From assembly GCA_049695975.1 (NCBI GenBank), contig JBAVTE010000027.1, positions 32,972-96,971 of the forward strand: DNA of 64,000 bases, given 5' to 3'. Source of the stretch: Minisyncoccia bacterium. Its GTDB lineage: Bacteria; Patescibacteriota; Minisyncoccia; Phycocordibacterales; GWA1-40-21. This document shows, piece by piece, positions 55,220-64,000 of this stretch (positions are counted from its first letter, which is position 1; each line of letters starts with the position of its first letter). Under the pieces are notes generated by a model. The model saw only the letters and a list, made by a program, of their open reading frames with translations. It did not search any database and was not told where the DNA came from. The translations under genes were made by a program, and so were the position numbers.

Positions 55220-57121
55220 ATGAGTAAAGTAATAGGAATAGATCTTGGAACTACATTTTCCGCCGTCGCAGTGATGGAGGGGAATTCACCAAAGATCATT
55301 GAAAATGCAGAAGGTGCGAGAACTACGCCTTCTATCGTAGCCACTTCAAAGACTGGTGAGCGACTAGCAGGACTCCTTGCAAGACGACAGGCAGTTACAA
55401 ATCCAAAAAGTACTGTCTTTCAAGTCAAAAGATTTATGGGACACCTTTTTGATGACGCTGGAGTTCAAAAAGATAAAACATCTGTTGGCTTCGATGTACT
55501 CAAATCAGCAAACGGTGGAGTTGAACTCGCAATGGGAGGTAAAAATTATAGACCAGAAGAGGTTTCTGCTATGATTTTGCAAAAGTTGAAAAATGATTCA
55601 GAAGCAAGACTTGGAGAAAAGATTACTGATGCAGTTATTACAGTGCCCGCCTACTTCAACGATTCACAAAGGCAAGCTACAAAGGACGCAGGACAGATTG
55701 CAGGTCTAAATGTTTTGAGGATTATAAACGAGCCGACAGCCGCAGCTCTTGCATACGGACTAAATAAAAATAAAAACGAGAAGATTGCAGTTTACGACTT
55801 TGGAGGTGGAACATTTGATATTTCCATTCTTGAAGTTGGAGACAGTGTAGTAGAAGTAAAATCAACAGACGGAGATAGCCACCTTGGTGGTCGTGATATT
55901 GATAAAAGAATTGTGGATTGGCTTGCCGAACAATTTCAAAAAGAAAATGGAATTGATGTTAGGAAAGACCCACTTGCACTTCAGCGCCTAGATGAATCTG
56001 CTGAAAAAGCAAAAATTGAACTTTCAACTGCGATGGAAACAGAAGTAAATATTCCATTCATTACATCAGGAAGCGATGGACCAAAACACTTGCTTATCAA
56101 ATTTACTAGAGCAAATTTAGAAAATCTCGTGAAGGATTTAATTGACCGTTCAATGGAAATTACAAAAAGAGCGATGGACGCTTCACCATTTAAGGTTGGC
56201 GAATTAAATGAAATCATAATGGTCGGAGGACAAACCAGAATGCCTGCAATTCTAAAAGCAGTGAAAGAATATTTTGGTAAAGAGCCTAACCTTTCTGTTA
56301 ATCCTGATGAAGTGGTAGCTCTCGGAGCCGCTGTGCAAGGAGGAATTCTTCGTGGGGATGTGAAAGATGTTCTTTTGCTAGATGTTATTCCACTATCACT
56401 CGGTATTGAAACAATGGGTGGGGTTGCGACACATCTCATAGAAAAAAATACTACAATTCCTACATCAAAAAGTCAGATTTTTTCTACCGCAGTCGACAAT
56501 CAAACATCTGTGGAAATTCATATTGTTCAAGGCGAAAGATCAATGGCAAGCGATAATAAGAGTTTAGGTAAATTTATCTTGGACGGTATTCCACCATCAC
56601 CTAGGGGTATGCCACAAGTAGAAGTAGGTTTTGATGTCGATGCAAACGGTATATTAAATGTGAAAGCAAAGGATAAGGCCACTGGAAAAGAGCAGTCTAT
56701 CAGAATTGAGGCAAAGTCCGGACTTACTGATGAGGATATAAAGAAAATGCAAGCTGATGCTGTCGCTCACGAGGTTGATGATAAAAAGAAGAAAGAAGAA
56801 GTGGAAATAAAAAATATTGCAGAGCAAATGGTTTACACTGCCGAAAAAGCAGTAAAAGATAATGGTTCAAAAATTCCACCCGAAATTGTAAAAGGTGTAG
56901 AGGATAAAATTGCGGATGTTAAAAAAGCAAAAGAGGGGACTGACATTCTTTCAATCAAAAATGCCACCGATGCTCTCTCAACTGAAATGCAAAAAATAGG
57001 CGAAGCAATGGCAAAAGCCCAGAAAGAAAATCCACAAGGCCAGACTGAACCAAAAAAAGAAGGTGGAGAAAATGTAAAGGATGCTGACTTCAAGGAAAAG
57101 GGTGCGGAAGATAAGAAATAG
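55220..57121 (+). CDS. dnaK: Chaperone DnaK (Hsp70)
   Basis: [22 protein letters not shown], and C-terminal substrate-binding and lid domains. Confidence 0.95.
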   Translation: MSKVIGIDLGTTFSAVAVMEGNSPKIIENAEGARTTPSIVATSKTGERLAGLLARRQAVTNPKSTVFQVKRFMGHLFDDAGVQKDKTSVGFDVLKSANGGVELAMGGKNYRPEEVSAMILQKLKNDSEARLGEKITDAVITVPAYFNDSQRQATKDAGQIAGLNVLRIINEPTAAALAYGLNKNKNEKIAVYDFGGGTFDISILEVGDSVVEVKSTDGDSHLGGRDIDKRIVDWLAEQFQKENGIDVRKDPLALQRLDESAEKAKIELSTAMETEVNIPFITSGSDGPKHLLIKFTRANLENLVKDLIDRSMEITKRAMDASPFKVGELNEIIMVGGQTRMPAILKAVKEYFGKEPNLSVNPDEVVALGAAVQGGILRGDVKDVLLLDVIPLSLGIETMGGVATHLIEKNTTIPTSKSQIFSTAVDNQTSVEIHIVQGERSMASDNKSLGKFILDGIPPSPRGMPQVEVGFDVDANGILNVKAKDKATGKEQSIRIEAKSGLTDEDIKKMQADAVAHEVDDKKKKEEVEIKNIAEQMVYTAEKAVKDNGSKIPPEIVKGVEDKIADVKKAKEGTDILSIKNATDALSTEMQKIGEAMAKAQKENPQGQTEPKKEGGENVKDADFKEKGAEDKK

Positions 57122-57245
57122 AGACTCGCTTGGGTTTGTCGTTGTGGAACACAAAAATCTGTTACTATAGACTTTCTCTGTACGGCTCCAATCGCACCTT
57201 ACAAGTTTCCATAAAGACAAAATATCACTCACTAACAATTAATCA

Positions 57246-58346
57246 ATGAATAAAGATTATTACAAAACATTAGGAGTTAATAAAAATGCCTCGAAAGACG
57301 ACATAAAAAAGGCATTTTATAAACTTGCTCATGAACATCATCCTGATAAAGCGGGAGGAAATGAAGCTAAGTTTAAAGAAGTAAGCGAAGCTTACAATGT
57401 CCTTTCCAATGATCAAAAACGCTCCCAGTATGACAATTTTGGAAGTGGTTATTCTGGTGGAAACGCTGGCGGACAATATCAAGGTCAAGGTGGCTTTGGT
57501 GGATTCAATGGTGCAGAGGGTTTTGACTTTAGCGGTTTTCAGAACGGTCAAGGATTTGAATTTGACCTGGGTGATATCTTTGGAGACTTTTTTGGTGGTG
57601 GGAGTAGGGGTCGCACAAAAACAAAGAAAGGTAGAGATATTTCTGTGGATTTAAATCTTACCTTTGCCGAATCAATTTTTGGTGTGAAAAAAACAATCTT
57701 TATTACCAAAAGTTCAAAATGTTCTGAATGCAGTGGAAATGGTTCTAAAAAAGGAACCGATCAAGTCAACTGTAGAGCTTGTGATGGTAGAGGAAAAATA
57801 AAAGAAGTAAAGAGGTCAATTTTTGGAACTTTTGCTACAGAAAGAGTATGTGATGAATGTCAGGGTTCTGGAAAAGTACCAAAAGAAAAATGTGTCAAGT
57901 GTCATGGTCACGGTGTCTTGCAAAAAGAAGAAGAAATTGAGGTAAATATTCCGGCAGATGTAAATAGTGGGGAATCAATCAGACTCTCTGGCGCAGGAGA
58001 ATCTGTGAAAGGAGGAACTCCAGGTGATCTCTACATTAAACTCCATATTGAAAAGAGTAATCTTTTTGAGAAAGATGGAAAAAATCTTATTACGGAACTC
58101 AATATAAAAATGACAGATGCTGTACTTGGTGGAAATTATAAAATGGCTACACTTGACGGAGAAATTGAACTCAAAATTCCAGAAGGAACAAATCCCGAAG
58201 ATGTTCTTCGAATCCGTGGCAAAGGTGTGCCAAAAGGAAATGGCGATAGGGGAGACATACTTGTAAATATTAAAGTCAAAACCCCTAGTCGACTTTCCGG
58301 CAAAGCCAAAAAGATTTTTGAGGATTTAAGGAAGGAAGGAATCTAG
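57246..58346 (+). CDS. dnaJ: Chaperone DnaJ
   Basis: J-domain with HPD, G/F-rich linker, four CxxCxGxG zinc-finger repeats. Confidence 0.95.
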   Translation: MNKDYYKTLGVNKNASKDDIKKAFYKLAHEHHPDKAGGNEAKFKEVSEAYNVLSNDQKRSQYDNFGSGYSGGNAGGQYQGQGGFGGFNGAEGFDFSGFQNGQGFEFDLGDIFGDFFGGGSRGRTKTKKGRDISVDLNLTFAESIFGVKKTIFITKSSKCSECSGNGSKKGTDQVNCRACDGRGKIKEVKRSIFGTFATERVCDECQGSGKVPKEKCVKCHGHGVLQKEEEIEVNIPADVNSGESIRLSGAGESVKGGTPGDLYIKLHIEKSNLFEKDGKNLITELNIKMTDAVLGGNYKMATLDGEIELKIPEGTNPEDVLRIRGKGVPKGNGDRGDILVNIKVKTPSRLSGKAKKIFEDLRKEGI

Positions 58347-58356
58347 GAATACAAAA

Positions 58357-58403
58357 ACAAACGGCCCCACGAAATCAAATTTCGTGGGGCCGTTTGTTTT
58401 TGT
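58357..58403 (+). terminator. Rho-independent terminator after dnaJ
   Basis: AAACAAACGGCCCCACGAAATCAAATTTCGTGGGGCCGTTTGTTTTTG. Confidence 0.85.
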
Positions 58404-58427
58404 ATTATTTTTTGTTATTATAGAGAA

Positions 58428-59432
58428 ATGCTAAACAAAAAAATACTTTTATCAGGCGTACAACCCACTGGCCGAGTGCATATCGGAAATTATTTTGGTG
58501 CGATGAAACAGTTTTTGGATTTGCAGGATAAGTTTGAAAGCTACATTTTTATTGCCGATTATCATGCGATGACGACAGTGCAAAACAAGGAAGAGCTTTC
58601 GCAGAAAATTATTGAAGTTGCACTGGACTATTTTGCCATCGGTCTTGATCCAAAAAAAGTGTGCCTTTTCAAACAGTCAGACGTCCCACAAGTCACTGAA
58701 TTAGCTTGGATGTTCAATTGCATAACTACTGTTCCTTACCTCATGCGTGCACACGCCTTCAAAGATGCCGAAGCAAAAAACAAAGAAATAAATGTCGGAC
58801 TTTTTGACTATCCAATTCTGATGGCCTCCGATATTTTGATGCAAGACGCAGATGTCGTGCCCGTCGGTCAGGATCAGAAACAACATGTAGAATATGCTCG
58901 CGACACAGCACAAAAGTTCAACAGAATTTTTGGTGATACATTTAGAATTCCTGAACCATATATTCTTCCAGGCGTTGAAACAGTTCCCGGAACAGACGGA
59001 AAAAAAATGAGCAAAAGTCATGGAAATGTAATTCCACTTTTTGCCACAGATGAAGAAATAAAAAAAGCCGTGATGAGTATTGCGACTGATTCAAAGGGTG
59101 TGGACGAGTCAAAAAATCCAGACGAATGCAATGTATTTCAAATCCACAAATTGCTTTTAGAAGGTCAAAAATTGGCCGATTTGAGAGCTAAATACGAGAA
59201 AGGTGGAATGGGCTACAAAGAGGCAAAAGAGCTTCTGATAGCCGATTTAAAGGCTTTCATAGGCCCTATGAGGGATAGGAGGGAAGCTCTGGCTAAAGAC
59301 CTGGGCTCTGTATTAGAAATACTCAAAAAAGGAGGCGAAAAAGCTCGTTCTCGAGCTGAAGCTAAAATGAAGGAAGTGAGAGAGAAAGTTGGAGTAAATG
59401 TCTATGATGGTCTAATATGTCCAGATAGTTAG
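58428..59432 (+). CDS. trpS: Tryptophanyl-tRNA synthetase
   Basis: HIGH-class motif (PTGRVHIGNYFGA) and KMSKS. Confidence 0.92.
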   Translation: MLNKKILLSGVQPTGRVHIGNYFGAMKQFLDLQDKFESYIFIADYHAMTTVQNKEELSQKIIEVALDYFAIGLDPKKVCLFKQSDVPQVTELAWMFNCITTVPYLMRAHAFKDAEAKNKEINVGLFDYPILMASDILMQDADVVPVGQDQKQHVEYARDTAQKFNRIFGDTFRIPEPYILPGVETVPGTDGKKMSKSHGNVIPLFATDEEIKKAVMSIATDSKGVDESKNPDECNVFQIHKLLLEGQKLADLRAKYEKGGMGYKEAKELLIADLKAFIGPMRDRREALAKDLGSVLEILKKGGEKARSRAEAKMKEVREKVGVNVYDGLICPDS

Positions 59433-59587
59433 GTTCGTGCTTGCGGTCATTCTCATCAAAAATACGGAAGTGTTATTGATAAGAGGATACAGAAAGTATG
59501 GAAATGATCACCGAGTGGCGTGACTATATTTTTTCTAGTGGCTTAGGTCACTACCCCTTTTTGTTAATATAATATATAATTGAATGT

Positions 59588-60271
59588 ATGATTTTTTCAA
59601 TAAAGACTGCTAAAAATAATATCATAGAAGAAGCGTGTCGGGTATCAATGAATGAATTAAACGACTTCTTTGGTATAAATTGGGTAGAAAACACCCCGAA
59701 TATTTTTATAGTTCCGAACCGAGAAGAGTTTGATAATTTGCTTGGGCGTAAAACTGAGGATTGGCTAATAGGCTACGGAGTCAATAAAAGCATATACGTA
59801 TTAAATAAGATAAATTTTGAAAAAAATAGCAATCATCAATATTCAAACTCAAAATATCAGCAACTTATAAAACACGAATTATGCCATCTTTTTCAGGAAG
59901 CTATATCTAGATATTTATGTCCGATATGGTTAAGTGAAGGACTGGCTGTATACCTTTCAGAGGAAATTAAAGATAATAATGGAGAATTTTCATCGTTTCT
60001 GCATAGCTATTTTACTGTAGAAAAATCATCTTATGATGAAGGAGGTTATTTTGTTAAATTTTTAATACAGAAATTTGGCAAAGAAAAGTTTATACAATTT
60101 TTATATAGAATTAATAAATTGAATTATATAACAAGTGACGATAAAAACTTAATCAAAAATCAGGAAAATTTTAGAAAAAATTTCAATAGTTTATTCAAGA
60201 AAGTTTTTAAATTCGATTTAACTTATAAAAAAATCAATGGACAATATATTGATTTTTATAAAGTTACTTAA
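59588..60271 (+). CDS. Hypothetical protein with HExxH (metallopeptidase-like) motif
   Basis: HELCHLFQE...SEGLAVY. Confidence 0.4.
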   Translation: MIFSIKTAKNNIIEEACRVSMNELNDFFGINWVENTPNIFIVPNREEFDNLLGRKTEDWLIGYGVNKSIYVLNKINFEKNSNHQYSNSKYQQLIKHELCHLFQEAISRYLCPIWLSEGLAVYLSEEIKDNNGEFSSFLHSYFTVEKSSYDEGGYFVKFLIQKFGKEKFIQFLYRINKLNYITSDDKNLIKNQENFRKNFNSLFKKVFKFDLTYKKINGQYIDFYKVT

Positions 60272-60384
60272 TAGATATTATATGTAATCAAAACCTGCAA
60301 TAATTAATTAAAAGAAAATGGAAAAAGTAAGAGAAGCAGTAGGTGTGAAGATTATTTAAAATTATTTTTTGTTATTATAAAGTA

Positions 60385-62181
60385 ATGTCAAATAAAAAAA
60401 CAGAAACTAGGAGTGCTATTAGAAATTTTTGGTATTTCAGCAAATTATCCTTCAGAGAATCACCTTGGGCTTTTGGAATACTTATTGTTTCAACAGCTTT
60501 AGATGGTATTTTGCCAGTTATTTCTTCAAAATTCTTTGGTAAATTAATAGATGAAATAGTGAAAGCAATTCAAATTAAAAGCGACTCAACAATCTGGTTA
60601 GCTTTGATTACTTATATAGTAATCAGAACCATACCACCAATCATTGATACCATCAGGAATATGTCCTTTCGTTTTTGGTATTTAAAATTTAGTAATTCAC
60701 TTGAAATTTTTTTACTGGGCAAAAGAGGAGCTTTTGATGTAGCTCATATAGAAGACCCTGTTTTTCAGGACAAGCAGATGCGAGCCTTTAATAATGGAAA
60801 TTCACCAATCCTAAACATGGTTGAAATGGGAGTAAGCAATATTAATAGTATTTTTCTTATTATTACTGCTTCCATTGCAATAATTTTTATTGACTGGAAA
60901 ATATTTTTTATTATTTTAGCTTTTTCTATCCCATCATTTATTGTAGAATCAAAATATGGCCAAAGGCTTTGGTTTGTCGGCCAAGAAAATAGCAGGGAGA
61001 ATAGGGAATATCAGCATTTGAGACAATTTTTTACTTCAAAATATTATCTTATAGAGGCAAAACTTCTAAGTATCCAGGATAATTTTTTAAACATAATCAG
61101 AAACACACTAGAGAAGTTCACCCAAAAACAAACTTCTGAAGAAAAGAAAATTACTAAAAACCGTATTCTGACCGAAATACTATCTGCGGTTGGTATTTTG
61201 ATTTCAATCTTATTAGCTATAAAGGGTTCTACATCCGGAGCTATCAGCGTGGGTTCTATTGTTTTCCTTTTTAGCATAGTTGGCAGTTTGGAATCAGCTA
61301 TATCAAAATTACTGATTAGTAGTGCCAAAATAAGCGAGAGAAATTTATATGTTAGTGATATTTTAGATATAATTGAAACCAAGCCTGCAATTCATAATTC
61401 TAAAAATCCACTAATCATTACAAATTCGACTCCGGAAATTGAATTTAAGAATATCTACTTTAAATATCCCGGAAAAGATAATTGGATTCTCGAAAATGTC
61501 TCATTTAAAATAGTACCTGGACAAAAAATTGGGCTGGTAGGACATAATGGAGCCGGAAAAACAACAATAGTGAGATTGCTTCTTAGAATACATGACCCTA
61601 GCAAGGGAGAAATTCTAATAAATGGAATAAACTTAAAAAATCTTGATTTAAAAGATTGGTGGGAGAAAATTGCTGTTTTACCTCAGGATTTTTCTGCTTT
61701 TCATTTTGCCGCCAAGGAAACTATTGCTTATGGAAATATAAATAATAAATTTGATATGGATTTAGTAAAAGAGTCAGCCAAACTAAGCACCTCTGATGAT
61801 TTTATCGAAAGATGGAAAAACAATTATGATACCACTATTGGAGTAGAATTTGGCGGAGAGGAGCTATCAAAAGGGGAAAGGCAAAAAATGGCTTTAGCTA
61901 GAATATTTTATAGAAATTCAAATTTTACAATCCTTGATGAGCCCACAGCTTCTGTGGATGCCGCTTCAGCTTCAAAAATATTTGAAAATATAAGAAAAAT
62001 GCCTGAAGAAAAATCAGCTTTGCTCATATCACATAACTTTGCAACAATCAAATTAGCTGATAGAATTATTCTTATAGAACACGGCAAGATACTTGAGGAG
62101 GGAACACACACCGAATTAATGAAATTAAACGGAACTTATGCCTGCTTATATAAACAACAAGAAAAAGATTTTACTTGCTAA
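60385..62181 (+). CDS. ABC exporter, fused TMD-NBD (type I exporter)
   Basis: Six-TM N-terminal domain. Walker A GHNGAGKTT, signature ELSKGERQK, Walker B ILDEPT. Confidence 0.88.
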   Translation: MSNKKTETRSAIRNFWYFSKLSFRESPWAFGILIVSTALDGILPVISSKFFGKLIDEIVKAIQIKSDSTIWLALITYIVIRTIPPIIDTIRNMSFRFWYLKFSNSLEIFLLGKRGAFDVAHIEDPVFQDKQMRAFNNGNSPILNMVEMGVSNINSIFLIITASIAIIFIDWKIFFIILAFSIPSFIVESKYGQRLWFVGQENSRENREYQHLRQFFTSKYYLIEAKLLSIQDNFLNIIRNTLEKFTQKQTSEEKKITKNRILTEILSAVGILISILLAIKGSTSGAISVGSIVFLFSIVGSLESAISKLLISSAKISERNLYVSDILDIIETKPAIHNSKNPLIITNSTPEIEFKNIYFKYPGKDNWILENVSFKIVPGQKIGLVGHNGAGKTTIVRLLLRIHDPSKGEILINGINLKNLDLKDWWEKIAVLPQDFSAFHFAAKETIAYGNINNKFDMDLVKESAKLSTSDDFIERWKNNYDTTIGVEFGGEELSKGERQKMALARIFYRNSNFTILDEPTASVDAASASKIFENIRKMPEEKSALLISHNFATIKLADRIILIEHGKILEEGTHTELMKLNGTYACLYKQQEKDFTC

Positions 62182-62362
62182 ATTTACGAATTGACAGAAA
62201 AATAGATATAGTGTATACTTGCAAAGTAAATGAGTCTCTAGATTATGTAATGGAAGCGGGGAATTGTTTATACACTACTTTATAATTAGCCCCGTTCAAG
62301 GTTTAAAGAGTTTTAATTAAAAAATAACAACGGAATTCGCGTAGTTTTTACGCTTTAATAAA

Positions 62363-63625
62363 ATGTTTAGAAGCAATTCAAATGGTCCGCGAAAATCGGG
62401 CACGCCTGCGCATGTAGGCTCAAATAGATTTGGAAATAGCCACAGAAGTGGCGGTTTTCAAGGTTGTAGAAGTGGAGGATTCCGAGGAGGATCTCGCGGT
62501 GGAGGAAATAGAGGGAAAACAGAAAATATAAATTTTTCTAAATTTATAAATAAAGTTCAAGTGACCGAAGAAGCTGTAATTTTTAAGCCCGAACACACAT
62601 TCGCTGATTTTAAAGTTGTTGATGAAATAAAGGATTCTATTAGAAATAAAGGTTATATATTACCAACTCCAATTCAAGATAGAACAATCCCTCAAATACT
62701 TATGGGAAATGATTTAGTCGGTGTCGCAAACACCGGTACAGGAAAAACTGCCGCTTTTCTTATTCCTCTTATAAATAAAATATTATTGAATAGAAAAGAA
62801 CAGGTGATGATCATTGTGCCTACTCGCGAACTCGCTATTCAAATAGATGACGAACTTAGACTATTTACTAAAAATATGAAAATATTTTCTGTTTGTTGCG
62901 TGGGTGGTGCACCGATAGGAAGACAAATTTCACAATTGAGATATCAATACAATTTCATAATTGGAACTCCAGGAAGAATCAAAGACCTTATTGACCGCAA
63001 GATGATTTTCCTCAATGAATTTAAAAGTCTTGTTCTCGATGAAGCGGATAGAATGCTTGATATGGGATTTGTCCATGATATGCGAGCGATAATGAAAGGA
63101 ATGCCAAAGGAAAGACACACGCTTTTCTTTTCAGCTACTATTTCCCCAGACATTGAAAAATTGATTGCAGAATTTTTGAAAAATCCGATTAGGATTTCCA
63201 TCAAAACTCAAGATGTTTCAAAAAATATTGAACAAGATGTTGTACATATTAAAAGAGGTGAAAATAAAACTGATATTCTTTGCGGATTGCTTGGCAATAA
63301 AGAACTTAGTAAGGTTTTGATTTTCGGACGCACCAAACATGGCGTAGAAAAACTTTCTAAAATTCTTTGTCAAAAAGGTTTTAAAGCCGAGTCTATACAC
63401 GGAGACAAAACTCACGGTAGTAGACAGCAAGCACTCAGACTTTTCAAAGACAATCATTCTCAAATTCTCGTGGCAACCGATGTAGCTGCTCGCGGTCTTG
63501 ATATTGCAGATATTAGTCATGTCATCAACTACGATATTCCTGCTACAAACGACGACTATGTGCATCGTATTGGTAGAACAGGCCGTGGTACTAAGAAAGG
63601 AAAGGCGATTACTTTTGTTGAGTAA
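62363..63625 (+). CDS. DEAD-box ATP-dependent RNA helicase with N-terminal Gly/Arg-rich tail
   Basis: Q-motif, AxTGTGKT, DEAD (VLDEADRML), SAT, and HRIGRTGR. Confidence 0.92.
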   Translation: MFRSNSNGPRKSGTPAHVGSNRFGNSHRSGGFQGCRSGGFRGGSRGGGNRGKTENINFSKFINKVQVTEEAVIFKPEHTFADFKVVDEIKDSIRNKGYILPTPIQDRTIPQILMGNDLVGVANTGTGKTAAFLIPLINKILLNRKEQVMIIVPTRELAIQIDDELRLFTKNMKIFSVCCVGGAPIGRQISQLRYQYNFIIGTPGRIKDLIDRKMIFLNEFKSLVLDEADRMLDMGFVHDMRAIMKGMPKERHTLFFSATISPDIEKLIAEFLKNPIRISIKTQDVSKNIEQDVVHIKRGENKTDILCGLLGNKELSKVLIFGRTKHGVEKLSKILCQKGFKAESIHGDKTHGSRQQALRLFKDNHSQILVATDVAARGLDIADISHVINYDIPATNDDYVHRIGRTGRGTKKGKAITFVE

Positions 63626-63639
63626 AAAGCTCGCTCTTA

Positions 63640-63870
63640 TTACAATTTTAAAAATTTCTCGGGGTCCTGTCGACCTATTCCATTTGAAATACGCACATAA
63701 TTTTCTGCTGAAAATTTGTTATTCCTTACAGGAACAGTACACCTTTCACATTTTGAATACAAAATGTTCAAGGTCTTTCATTTGGGTCCCTACCCAAATT
63801 TCAACTCGGCCCGTCGGCCTGCGTAATGTATTTCAAAAGGAACAGGATCGCCACCCCTAACAAAATTTTT
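63640..63870. ncRNA. GC-rich intergenic region with long-range complementarity (candidate structured RNA, class undetermined)
   Basis: About 45% GC against about 30% in flanks. GGGGTCCTGT (63653-63662) can pair with ACAGGATCGCCACCCC (63842-63857). Local hairpin CATTTTG-aataca-CAAAATG. Confidence 0.3.
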
Positions 63871-64000
63871 AAAATTGTAATACTCGCTCGTAAACAGATT
63901 TACTACGCTAACTCGTTCAGAAGCCAGAACTTAACTCACTTGCAGTCAGGAATTTGCATATTTTTATGCAAGTTGTATTATGTAAACACTAGCTAAGAAA

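Noticed and set aside
63498-63860. 120-aa ORF overlapping the helicase 3' end
   Set aside because: Overlaps a well-supported gene and a GC-rich probably structured region. Composition-driven open frame.

Overview
This is a low-GC bacterial chromosomal segment (about 30-33% GC in most genes). Gene content suggests a small-genome, Patescibacteria/CPR-like lineage: an archaeal-type ProRS ending in a conserved Tyr, an AlaRS lacking the C-Ala domain, and very AT-rich intergenic DNA. This assignment is inference, not a classification.

The housekeeping backbone includes ppdK, pyrG, proS, ychF, mnmA, udg, alaS, an infA-rpmJ-rpsM-rpsK-rpsD-rpoA-rplQ block followed by rplM-rpsI, grpE-dnaK-dnaJ, trpS and a DEAD-box helicase. 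There is also a four-gene tRNA cluster and a MacAB-like tripartite efflux operon.

Several compositionally distinct accessory patches interrupt the backbone:

(1) 1-7520, a higher-GC island. It carries the 3' portion of a type I hsdR, a DUF45/YgjP-like HExxH protein, and a C5-cytosine methyltransferase translationally coupled to a paraMORC-like GHKL ATPase. A 59-aa hyper-acidic protein lies downstream.

(2) 11.7-18.4 kb, bracketed by a 64-bp direct repeat. It encodes SbnA-like and SbnB-like enzymes (the L-2,3-diaminopropionate route), two ATP-grasp ligases, a C39-like peptidase domain protein and a class-III aminotransferase. This is a candidate small peptide or natural-product biosynthetic cassette.

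(3) 35.4-41.6 kb, a mosaic insertion that truncates ddl. It contains an alpha/beta hydrolase and a RiPP-like module: a 39-aa poly-cationic precursor ORF with strong RBS and promoter, an attenuator hairpin, a frameshifted RRE-radical SAM/SPASM maturase and a SAM methyltransferase. An IS transposase fragment and a recurrent short palindromic/boundary repeat family are also present.

(4) 44.6-47.1 kb, a resistance-like patch: a nucleotidyltransferase, an EEP nuclease and a split APH-family kinase.

Other notable structures:
- A 54-bp perfect direct duplication of the tRNA-Val 3' end, resembling an att-site scar.
- An in-frame 151-bp GC-rich insertion with 19-bp terminal inverted repeats inside mnmA.
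- Tandem palindromes upstream of dnaK.
- A GC-rich, probably structured, non-coding region at the 3' end of the window.

No CRISPR array was seen.
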